From Planctomycetia bacterium (GTDB lineage: Bacteria > Planctomycetota > Planctomycetia > JALXBF01 > JBGPMX01), in the NCBI GenBank assembly GCA_036758585.1, contig DAIOWH010000003.1, positions 6,152-70,151 of the forward strand: 64,000 nucleotides of DNA, given 5' to 3'. The notes under the pieces are model-generated. The model was not told where the DNA came from, searched no databases, and worked only from the letters and a program-made list of their open reading frames with translations. Both the position numbers and the translations under genes were made by a program. Positions 48,622 through 60,800 of the stretch are shown in pieces. Position 1 is the stretch's first letter; every line of letters starts with the position of its first letter.

Positions 48622-48861
48622 TCGGCAATATGTTGTAAGAATGCAACGCGCCGCTAGGTTGGGTGGGATGTACCAGCACGGCGGGTGGGCGGTGGCCTGC
48701 GAGGCGGCGTGTCGGCCGTTGGACTACAGCCTGAGAATGGAACTGTCGAAGTTCCAGCATGTCTCCGGGGGGAGGCTCTCCACGCCTGACGTTTTGCGGG
48801 CGGCCTTGATCGCCCGTGTTCTGCTTCCGCCGGTTACGGACAGGGGCGTTTTTTGGGAATC

Positions 48862-48866
48862 GAGGT
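48862..48866 (+). promoter_or_regulatory. Shine-Dalgarno GAGGT 8 nt upstream of ATG 48874
   Basis: tcGAGGTccaacaaATG. Confidence 0.5.
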
Positions 48867-48873
48867 CCAACAA

Positions 48874-51800
48874 ATGACGAGACCAGGGTCCGTGAACCGG
48901 CCTCCTCACTTGAAGGCGAAACGGCGGACACCGCGCAAGAGTTCCGGCCAAGGCATGTCTTTGGAACGGCTGGAAGAGCGCGTACTGTTGGCGTTGGATA
49001 TTCCGGAAGGCGCCCACCCCATTTTCGCGCCAGGTACTCCCCAGGAGTACATGGCGCAGCATCCTGATCACTTCCGAGAGAACGGGCTGCCTGGCGGGGC
49101 GCTCGGATTCACATTCAACGACGTGGACCGCTGGTCTCAGACGGCCACCGACGGCGCCGGGCTGAACCAGGGCGACCCCACAACGCTGACATGGGGCATC
49201 ATTGCCGACGGAACACTGATCAACACCGGCGCGACGAGCAACCTGATTGCTCGCATGGGCACCATTTACGGCAGCGTGGCGGGGCCGGTCAACGCCCAGC
49301 CGTGGTTCACGGTCTTCCAACAAGTCTTCGATAACCTGCAAGCGAACTCAGGTATCGACTATGTCTACCACGCGGCCGACGATGGCGTTCAGATGACGAA
49401 CGCCAATCGCGGCATCTTGGGAGTGCGCCCCGACATTCGAATCGGCGGTGCGAATATTGACGGGAACTCTGGCACGCTTGCCTATGCCTTTTTGCCGAAC
49501 TTTGGCGACATCGTCATCGACACCAACGACAACTTCTTCAACGACACCGGCGGCAACTCGCTGGGTTTTCGCAATGTGCTGGCTCACGAAGAGGGGCATG
49601 GCGTCGGACTCGGTCACTCTTGTCCGGTCGATCTGACGAAGCTCATGGAGCCGACCGTCACGTTCGCGTTTGACGGCCCGCAACATGACGACCTGTTGGG
49701 GATAAACCGCGGCTACGGCGATCGCCTGGAACCGAACGACAACACACTTTTTGCGACGGACCTGGGCGTGCTCAACGGGACGACTGCTTCCCTGAGCAAC
49801 GTCACCATCGACGACGATTCGGACCTCGATCTGTTTCGCTTCAGCGCCACAGGCCCCACCACGACAACCGTCACCGTTAACCCGTTTGGGTTCACCTACC
49901 CGTCGGGGCCCGAGATCGCGACCAGCACCTGTGGGGCGAACAATCCGAACTTCGACTCACTGAATCAGAGTGACCTGAGTCTGGAGATACTCGACAGCAC
50001 CGGCGCGATCATCGCCAACGCCAACGCCAACGGTCTGGGCGTGGGCGAGAACCTGGCGAACGTGACGTTGCCGGCGGCCGGCGACTATTTCGTGCGACTG
50101 CGTGGGGCCCAGAATGCCGCTCAGTTCTACACGCTCAGCGTGAACGTGGCCCAGTCGGCTACGGGCGGCGGCAAGAGCGGCAGCACCGTGCAACTGACGT
50201 CGGTGACGGCCGATGACGTGTTGAACACGCCGCGCGACACGTTCGGATTTGTGCTGCGCCGCAGCGAGATCGACGCGCTGGGAGGGCAGCCGGCCCTCGA
50301 TATCCGCGACCCCGTGTTGTTGCCCGACCCGGTGAACGACATCAAGGCGTTTACCGTGTTCTTCGACGGCGCACTCGACCCAATCAGCGCCGAAGATGAG
50401 GCGAACTACGACCTGCGCAGCACCGGCAATCCGGTGACCGCGTCCGATGATGGGCTGTTCGATACCACCGACGACTTCCAGTACCACGTCACTCCGCGCT
50501 ACATCACGACGCTCGACAACCCTGAAGACCTCGACACCAACCCCGACCCGGCCGTCGTGCTTGAAGTCCAGCTTCCGGCGGGACTGACCGAGTTCCCGTC
50601 CGGGCGGTTCCGTCTGACGGTGCGCGGCGGCGACCCGGTGCTGGGCGCCAACAACCTGCCGATTAACTCACAGGACGCGGGACCCGATGAAGTGTTGTAT
50701 TTCAAGACGGTTCATCGCCCCACGGCGCAGCCGCCCGACGGAGTGACCGCGAACGTCTATGTCGACGTGACCAACACGACGGCGCCGTTCCTTGGCACAA
50801 GCGCCGATCCGTTCAATGACATCCAGACCGGATTGAACGCAGCGGCGCCCGGCCAGACGGTGTTGGTGCGGTCGAACCTCGCCAGGGTCCCCTACGTTCA
50901 GGACGATCTGGCAAACGACGGCGTGCAGGATTTCGACCGCAATATCACAGTGCCTGCCAATGTTCGGCTGGTGTTCCAGCAGGGCGCGATCGTAAAGCTG
51001 CGCGATGCGATCATCGACGTGTCGGGTGCGAATGCGCAACTCGACGCGATTGGCACGTTCGACAACCCGGTCGTGTTCACCTCCTTTGCCGATACGCTGC
51101 CCGACACCGGCGCTCAGACCGGCGCGCCGAAGGCTGAAGACTGGGGCGGAATCGTTTTCCGCGCCGGCTCGGATAGCGCCGGGTCGCGGATAGAGTTTGC
51201 CGAGATACGCTACACGGGCGGCGAGGTCGGCAGCGTGCGCTATGGCGCGGTGCACGGCCTGACTTCCCAGCCGACGGTCACGAACACCATCATCACCAGT
51301 GCGGGGCAGGCCGCGTTCAGTTTCGACTTGTTGAGCTTTACCGGCACGGGTCCATCGCTCGCCGGCAACTTCCTGGAACGCAACACCATCAACGGCGTGC
51401 TCGTGGTGATCCCGCAGGGGACCACGGTGTCGAACGTGCCTGGCCAAGCCGTCATGTTCGATGACCCGATCGACCACGTCTTCACCCAAAGCCTGACGAT
51501 TCCCGGCGGGGCCAGCGTAACGACCAGCAATACGAACCTGAAACTGTCCAAGGCCGTCATCGATCTGCGCGGCGCGGCCGCAGCAGGAACGCCGTCATCG
51601 CTTACGGCCATCAACACCCACTTCACGTCGATTCAAGACGACACGACCGGTCGGACCGCCGACGAAGTGGGCAACCTGCAGACCGACGCCACCGGCAACG
51701 GCAGCGTGCTGGCGCCGCAGCCTGGCGACTGGGGCGGCATCGACGCAACCACCGACGATCCGACGCTGCCCCTCGGTCCGTCGCTGACCATTCTGAGCGA

Positions 51801-54800
51801 TGTGGACAACGCTGGCGCGCTGGCGGGCCAGATTCAGCCTGATCCGGCGCTCTCGCGTGTGGCCTTCGGCGCGGGCACGTTCCTGCGCGGCGGGTTTCCC
51901 CAGATCATCCGCGGGAACATCGACTACGGCGAGACCTTCGCCAACGATGGCAACTTGGCAGACTCGCACGGCAACACGATCAACATTCAGGGCACGACCA
52001 TCGCGTCCAGTTTGTCGGCGGGGCTGTTCCTGACCAACGCGGGCGGCGTGTTTCAGGACAACGATTTCCTGAGCAACAGCGACGCCGCAATCTCGATCGA
52101 CACCACCTCGTTCCACATCCTGCGCGACCCGGTGTTCCGGCGCAACATCACGCAGGGAAACCAACTCAACGCGCTGGCGATCCGGTCTGGGACCTTCGGC
52201 GGTGGTGCGGACCGCCTCTACGAGTTCAACGATCCGGACATCGTACACGTCGGCAGGGGCAACCTCGCGATCAGCGACGGTTCGGGGCTCGCCGTGCTCA
52301 CACTCCATCCGGGAGTCGCCTTCAAGGCTCAGTCGGGCGCGGGGCTGACGGTGACAGGCGCCGACTATCGCACCGCGTTCAACAATGTCGGCAACGGAGC
52401 GCTGGTGCTGGACGGCGACCCTGACGGTGCGCCGTTCCCCGGCAAGCTGGTGGGGCGATTCACCACGTCGTTTGCCGGCCTGAACAACGACTTGTCGTTC
52501 ACCGCGCGGGAACCGCTGCCGCGCGGGAACTTCACGATTCGGTTTGTGGCCACCGGTGCGTTGAGCGCCTCGGTGGTTCCAGGAGCGGGCATCGGGGGCG
52601 CCGATCGCATTGACATCACCATCGCAGCCGGTACGACCACTGCGAAACATGTGCGCGACGTGGTACTTCGTACGCCGCGCGTAGCGGCCGTGCTCGACGT
52701 CGCGCTCGCGGCCGATTCCGACGGCACCGGCCTGGTTGCCGCCCTCGCCGAGACCGCGCTGCCGTTGACTCCAGACGAATCGCCGCGCCCGATCCAGTTG
52801 ACCACGATCGCCGACGATTCGATCGGGCCTTCGGTGTTTCGGTTCGGCCAGGATGGCCGGCCGGGCCGAGCCGGCGTCGATGACGACGGCGATGGCTTGA
52901 CCGACGAGGGCGATGAGCTTGGGACCGCGGCCAGCGACGACGAGGCCGTTCCGCAAACCGACGCGCAGGGCAATGGAAGCAGCACGCCCACGGCAGCCGA
53001 CTTCTGGACCGGCCTCAATTACAGCTACTTCTCCAATGATCTCGTGCCCGAACGAGACATCAACGGCAACGGTGCGCTCGACCCTTGGGAAGACCTGAAC
53101 TCGAACGGCGTGTTCGATCAGCTTGAAGAAACGCTCGACTGGCGCACGAACAATACGGCTGGACTGGACATCGGCGAGGACCACGACCAGGACGGCGTGC
53201 TGGAACGCATCGTAGGCAACGTCGCCAACTTCATCGAAGTTCGGTTTGCAACCAACGGCATCCTGCACGAAGGACCACGACACAGCGCCACACTGGCCGA
53301 CTCGCACGATGGCGAACTCGGCGCCACAGGCGTCAACGAGAGCATCGCCACCGCGACCCCGCTGGGCAACATCGGCGGACGCGACGGCAATGATCAGGTG
53401 CCGTCGTTCCGGACCCCGAACCGCGCGCTGCGGGCGACCGGCAACATTGCCTCCGGCGCCGATGTGGACTTCTGGTCGTTTACGGCCAACCCCGGCAGTA
53501 CGATCACCATCGACATCGACCACACCACGACCCGTTGGGCCGGCGACAATCACCTCGACCCGATCGTCTCGCTGTTCTACGTAAAGCGCGACGATCCGGG
53601 CGCGGGCAAGTTGATTCTCTGGGCCGTCGCCAACAATAACGACTCCGCGGTGGACACGGTTCTGGATCCCCTCGAGCAAGACGACACCGATCCCGCCCTG
53701 ATCAACATCAACGTCCCGGGTATCGCGGCGGTCGACGACACCTACTACGCGGCCGTCACCGCGTTCAACAACCTGCCCGATTTCTTGTTCGCGCTGCCGC
53801 TCAGCGGCCCGGACATGCAACTCGCCAACTACGCCTGCACTGCGCGGCCGGACGGCGGGTTCGACGTCGTGGTACTTGACTTCGACGCGATTCGTTCGGA
53901 CGACACGTTCGACGAGAATAATGCGGTCGCCACGAACTGCCCGGGCCTGACCGGGCCTAACACAGGAGGGGGCGACAACGTCGGACAGTATTCGCTGCTC
54001 ATCCGTGAAACGCAGCGCGACATCGTCTATCCGAGCGGCTCGTTCGAGGTTACCAACAGCCAGTTTCGCAACATCACGGGCGACGCCGTTCGTATCGCCA
54101 CTCCGGCCGACCCGACCATGCGCGATCGGATCGCGCCAGCCGTTCACACCGGTGGTAACACGGCGCTGCCGACCAACGGCACCGGACCGACGCTGCTTGC
54201 CACCGGGGCTCGCATTGAGAACAACGAGTTCGCCAACATCGGCGACGACGGCGTGGAGCTGATCGGCGATCCGGGCGCCGGCCGCTCCATCCGGCACGAC
54301 TGGGTGTTGAACAACACGTTCTTCAACACCGGTACGGGCCTCGACCTGCGCAGCCGACTGGGCGCGACCGTGCTCAACAACATTTTCGCCGACGTGACCG
54401 GCACCGCGATCGCCAGCGACGGCACTTCGGCAGTGGGGTTGGGTGCAGGCACCGACAGCCTGGTCGTGTCGAACAACTTGTACCACTCGAACGGCGCGAA
54501 TGGCTTGTTGGGCACTGTGTTCTTCCCGAATCTGCAATCGCCTGCGAGTGATCCGCTGTTCTTCGATCCGACCGGCTTGTTCCCCGACCTGCGCATCACC
54601 GATAATTCGGCGGCGGTGGACAGCAGCCTGAGCGATCTCGAAGACCGCCTGGGCAACGTGCGTTTGTGGATGGGGGTGGACCCAAGTTCGCCAGTACCCG
54701 TTGGCGGCCTGAGGCCGGAGTCGCTGCTGGTCCCCGAACGTGTGGGACGCGACACCGCGTTGGACCGCAACCAGATTGAGCGCATCGATCTACCCGAGCT

Positions 54801-57800
54801 TTCGAACCCGAATCTCGGCTTGGGTGAGGATCCGTTCTTCGATATTGGCGCCAACGAGGCGACGGATTTCCTGCCGCCGCAGGTAATCCGATTGGGCCTC
54901 GCGCCGCAAAGCGACACCGGCGAAATCAACGAAGTCGAACCGCTGCGCACGCGGCAGTCGCGGCCAACCTTCCGCGGACTCGTGGTTGATTTCACCGAGA
55001 CTGTGGGACGGCCGGAGCTGGACGAGGTAGCCGGCCTGCAGGTGGACATTGACGTGGATGGCGATGGCTACGACGACGGCGCCGCGACGACCAGCCTGTT
55101 CTTCGACCCCGAAACCGGTTTTCCGGTGTTCTATAACGTCCGCAACAACGGGCTGGTCGTGGTGCGCGAAGTCAGTCTGCTGCCGACGGGCGCCGAGTTT
55201 CGACGCGTCGGCGTGTTCGAGGTTCAGTCAACGCTTGATATTGTTGACTCGGCCGACCTGACCATTCGCGCGCGTGTGCTCGACAAGGCCGGACGGTCAT
55301 CGGCCGACCGACCGTTGCGCATCGCGGTCGATACCGTGCGACCGGGGGTTCAGACCGTCACGTCGAGCCTCAGTTCGTCGGACCTGGTCATGGAGTTCGA
55401 CGAGCAGGTGCTGCTGGCCGGCAATAACCTTCAGGAGAACCTACAGCTCGAGGTGACGACCGGCGCGGCGGTCACGGCGGCGCCCGACCTGGCCAACGCG
55501 GCCCTTGTAGGCAACAGCGGCGGCGCGGCGGGCGACCTGTTCGGCACACAGCACACAGTGAATGACTTCGTCATCGCGCCGCTTCCAGTGGCCGGGTCCG
55601 ATGGTGCAGCCTTCTTCCGTGGCCCCTTCAACAATACAACGGGCGCCGATCGGCCCGTCATCACCGTCAACGAAACATCGGGCGCGAACCTGGACCTCGC
55701 ACCGGGGCGACTCTTCGAATTCCCTGGCCCAAACAACGACCTGTTGATTACCGGGCGCGGCGCGCTGCCCGACGACACGGTGGTGTCGGTCGAGTTCCGC
55801 CACGTCGCGCTGCCGAATCAGCCGCTGGGCGTGAGCGTCGTTCGCACCCAGGCGTCGTTGCCCACCGCGCTGGCCGGCGTGGACAACGACATCGTGTTCA
55901 CGGCGCACCCGACGAACTTCCCCGGCTCGGCGGGCAACGCACTGCGCATCGAGTATCGGGTCGCCGGCCTGAACACACCGCTCACCGTGGCGGTGAGCGG
56001 CGCCGCCATCACGGTGAACGTCGCGACCAACGCGACCGGCCAACCGACTAGCACGGCGGCCCAAGTGCGCGACGCGGTCAACGCAAGCGGGGCGGCCAGC
56101 ACGCGCGTATCCGCCGCACTGGCGTCGGGCAACAGCGGCACCGGCGTGGTCGCCGCCCTGCCCACCACGAGCCTCAGCGGTGGACGAGACGCCATTGGGG
56201 TTACGCTCGACACGGACGGAGCAGGCGCCGTCGATAGCACGACGAGCGGGCCGAACGCCGCCACGACTGTCCGCGACGCCATCAACGCCGCGGCCGGCAC
56301 ATTGGTAACCGCCTCGCTGACGCCGACCGACACGGGCGCCGCCAACACCGGCGCCGGCGCCGTCGCCGCGCACGCCGCCGCACCAATGAACACGGGCGAG
56401 TTCACCATATCGCTCTGGACGTTCATCCGCGACCACGGCGCCGGTCCGGGCGTGAGCAACGTCGATTTCCTGTCGCCCACGCGCCGCCCGCTGGCGACGA
56501 AACGCGACGCGACAACAGGCCAGGGTTGGTCGCTGGTGCTCGAGAACATCCCCACCGACTCGCCGGAGCAATTTCTGGTGTTCGAAGTGTACGACGCCGC
56601 CGGCGCACGTACGCACCGCATTCAATCGACCAGCGCCGTGCCGTCGAACCAGTGGGCGCATGTCGCCCTGTCGTATAACCCGGTCACCGCTGAGTGGCGG
56701 TTCCATCTGCTGCAATCCGCCTCCACCGTAATGGACCCGGACGGCGACGGCGCGGGCAACGACCGCCTGCACTTCGTGGCTGCTCAACCGGGGGCGATCG
56801 GCAACAGCGTATCGATCGACTACACGTTGGGGGCGGCCGAGCAAGTGTTCGTCACCGGCAGTGCGGTCACGGTGCAGCTCGTGGCCGGCACGACGACCGC
56901 AAACCGTGTGTTGCAGATGGTCGCCGCCGACCCAAACGCCTCGCAACTATTTGTCGGGCGTTTGGCGCCCGGCAGCAACGGAACCGCAGCGATAAGCCGG
57001 GCCGTGGCGACACGGTCGCTGACGGGCGGTCAAGGCCCTGCGGTGGTCACATCCGGCGAGACGCGGGCCGAGGTCACGATTGGGGCGGCGGCGTCCGCCG
57101 TCCGGTTCCAGGCGGTTCAAGCGGGCGCGGGCGGCAACGCGATTCGGGTTCAGTACACTGCGGGCGGCACGGCCCAAGTTTCCGTTGCCGGCAGCGACGT
57201 CACCGTGCAGGTGACGGGAACCACGACCGCGGCCCAAGTCGTGCAGTTGATCAACGCACACACTCAAGCCTCGCAACTGCTCCTTGCCCGGTTGCCTGAT
57301 GGATCGATCGGCGGCGGGCTAGTCGGCGCGGTTGGGTTCACGTCGCTCACCGGCGGCGTGTTCCCGCTCTCGGCGGCGACCACGGGCGACCTGCTGATCG
57401 GCGCCGAGGCGGTCCCGGCGGCGTCGGCCACGTTCGACGGGTTCATCGACGAAGTACAGATATGGAACCGCGACGTGTCGCTGGACGAAATCAGCCAGCT
57501 TCCGAGCGCGGAGCTTCCGCGAGCCATCGCGGTGCGCAACGTAACCGGAAGCAATCAGGACCTGCCGATCGTCGCCGTTTCGCTGACGACAGTGGCTGGC
57601 CGCACTCAGGTGACCGCGACCGTCGACGGCGATCCGACGACCGCCGGCGTTCAAGTCCTGCCGCGCGGCAATGTGTACGAGCTGGAAGTATTCGCCCAGC
57701 CGACGCTGACCGACGTGGCGGGCAACCGCATCAACGGTCGAGTCATTGCGTTCGGTGTGGGCGAGGACGTCTTCGACCTGAACACGTCGCAGTTCAACGC

Positions 57801-60800
57801 GCCCCCCGAGTTCCCGCTCGACCCGAACGGCCGCAATGACGCGCCGACCACGAACGTGTTTACCGATCTTGGCACAACCGCCCACCGCGCCGTTGTACTC
57901 GACTTCTCACAAAGCGATCTGACGGTCACTCCAGTCTCGGCGGCCCCGGCGCTGCCGGCTGACGAAGATTGGTTCCGCGTAGATGTGTTGGCTGCCGGCG
58001 AGTTCACGGCGGGCCTCACGGCTCGCGACCCCAACAACGACGGCGTGCTGAACGCCGACGAAGGAATAGTGGTCGAGGTGTTTCGAGCGGCCGACACAAC
58101 GACTCCGGTCGCCGCGGCCACACCCAGCCAAGTCGCCACGGCGACTCGGACTTCCGCGGTCTCCGTTTCGGCCCGCGAGCTGCTCTTCTTGCGAGTGCGC
58201 ACCGACGACGGCGACGACTTCAATCGTTATGAGCTGGAGTTGATCGTCAACGATTTGTTTGACGCGGCGGCCGGCTTCACGCTGCCGCCGGCCACAGGAC
58301 CGTTGCCGATCGACCTGGCGGGCCGGAACGATGACGCTCAAGCAATCATGGCGGCTACGCTGATCACAGCGTCGCTCGCCCCAGGCAATTCGGGGGCGGG
58401 CTTCGTGGCGCCGCTCGACTTCCCGCTGGCCGGCGGAGTCGATACGCCCGCCACACAGGCGACTCTCACCACCAGCGTGGCCGGTAACGACAACGACCTC
58501 GTGTTCACCGCAGTACCAGTGGGCGCCGCCGGCAATGGGATTCGCGTGCGGTATGTGAACGCCGGCGTCAATCAGCCGCTGGGCGTGACAATCGATGTAG
58601 CGAACCGCATCATCACGGTTAATCTGGCGACGAACGGCGCTGGCACAGTAACGACGACCGCCAATGACATTCTGCAACTGTTGCAGGTGCGAGCGACCGA
58701 CCTGGGCGGCGTCGCCGATCGCTCGCTCAGCGACTTCGTGGGCGGATCGGACCTCACCATCGCGGTCGACCCGGTGAGCGGCGCGCCCGACGTCGACTTT
58801 TATCGCATGACAAGCACGGCGGTGGGCACGCTGTCGCTGTTCATGAACGTGCGCGACCCGAACGGCGACGGCCAACTCGACGACGGCCTGGCCAGCGGCC
58901 GCGATGAACGCATCGACCTGGCGATCGTCAGTCCCGCCGATCCGTTGGGTGCGGCGCTGGCGACGGCGACGCAGTCGGTCCTGTCGCCGTTCCTGTTCGA
59001 GATTGTGAATCAGTCGGTGAGCACGGTCGGCCAGGAGTTCTGGGTCCGTGTGCGCGGCACGAGCGCTGAGTCGGCCAACGCCTACGACCTCCGAATGGTG
59101 AACGATGATCGGTTCGAGTTGGCCGCGTCTGTGGCGCCGGTCGGCGACGGCATTTTGCCGGACGATCCGGACGGTCGCAACGACGTGGTCGCCGCAGCCA
59201 CCGACTTGGGCACGGTTTTCACATTCGCCGAAGACGACCTAACGATCACGTTGGGCGACGGCGTGGTTCGCGATACCGACTTCTTCCTCTACACTGCGCC
59301 CGACGACCTGGTGTTCAACGTGTTTGCGGACGTAGCCGACATCAACCGCAACGGCGCGCTCGACGCCGCCGAGACGCTTGGCCTCGAAGTGCTCGACCCC
59401 ACGGGCACGACCGTACTGGCCACCGGGTCGGTGTTCGGAACGTTCCCCGGCAGTGTGATTGTCGATTCGGGGTTTGTTCAGCTTGCGTCGGGCCAGTCGG
59501 TGCTGATCCGCGTGTTCGGTTCGGCCGGTGTCGCCAACAGCTACGATCTGCGGGCCTTGGCCGACGACCGGTTCGATCATCCGTTCCGGTCGGGCACGGT
59601 CGCGAAACCAGGCGGCGTCGATCCGGCCGGTCGCAACGACTCGTCGGACGACGCCAGCGGCGCTGGGGCCGATGATGTACGGCGCACCGATTTGGGTACG
59701 GTCGTTCACCTGACCGAGAACTTCCTGCGTGTTTCCGACGAAGACAGCCACAATTTCCTGTTCACCGCACCGACGCCGGCGGCGGGTCTCGACGGCCAGA
59801 CGCTCACGATCGACGACGGACTGAACCCGCCGACTATCTTTGAGTTCGACAACAATGGCAGCACGGCGCTGGGCCAGGTGGGAGTGAACTTTGCCGCGTT
59901 GACGACGGCCGATGAGCTGGCCGCAGCGATCCGCAGCGTCATCAACGGGATCGGTGCGGCCCTGAACGCAACGGCGTCGGGCAGCGGCTCGCAGGTCGCC
60001 GTGTCGAGCGCGATCCGCGTCGTGAGTGGTGCGTTCCCGATCGCCGCGGCGCACGACGGCGATTGGTTCCGCGTGACGGCCGCCGTATCGGGTGCGCTCG
60101 GCATCCACGTAGACCTGATCGACGCCGATCGCAACAACCAGATCGACGCCGTCGAAATCCTCGGACTCGAACTGTACGAACTGGACCCAATGACCAACCG
60201 GGCGGGCGATCGGCTCGCGGTTGGCGTGCTCGACGTGGTGAGCCGTCAGGTTCGTATTGACGGCTACCCTGCGATGGACGGCGAATCGTTCCTGGTGCGC
60301 GTCCGTGAGGGTGTGAACTTGCCCGTCGCCGCCGTGTCTGGCGGGGCGACGGTGACGTGCAATCTACAGCCGTTGGGGCCGCCAGCGCCGGCCCCCGTTG
60401 GGCAACCAAACGACGACCTTTCGAGTGGGCCGTTCAACCTTGGCTTCACGTTCGAGTTCTTCGGCAACAACTTTACGCAGTTCTTCGTGAACAATAACGG
60501 CAATATCACGTTCACCGCGCCGCTGTTCTCATTTACGGCAACGGGCTTTCCGAACCCCTTTGGTATTGCGATGGTGGCCCCGTTCTGGGCGGACGTCGAC
60601 ACCCGCGGTGCGGGTTCCGGCCTGACGCGACTGCAACAAGGCACCAACCCATCGACCGGGCGACCGTTCATCCAGGTGGACTGGCCCGATGTCGGATACT
60701 TCAGCAGCAACGTTGACAAGCTGAACGACTTCTCACTGTACATCGAAGATGATCCGTTGGGCGACCTCATCTGCTTCGACTATCGCGATATGGAATGGAC

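Noticed and set aside
48822-48857. Rho-independent terminator between the giant genes
   Set aside because: The stem is only 4-5 bp and is followed by T6. This is too weak to call as a feature, so it is reported only as a low-interest observation.
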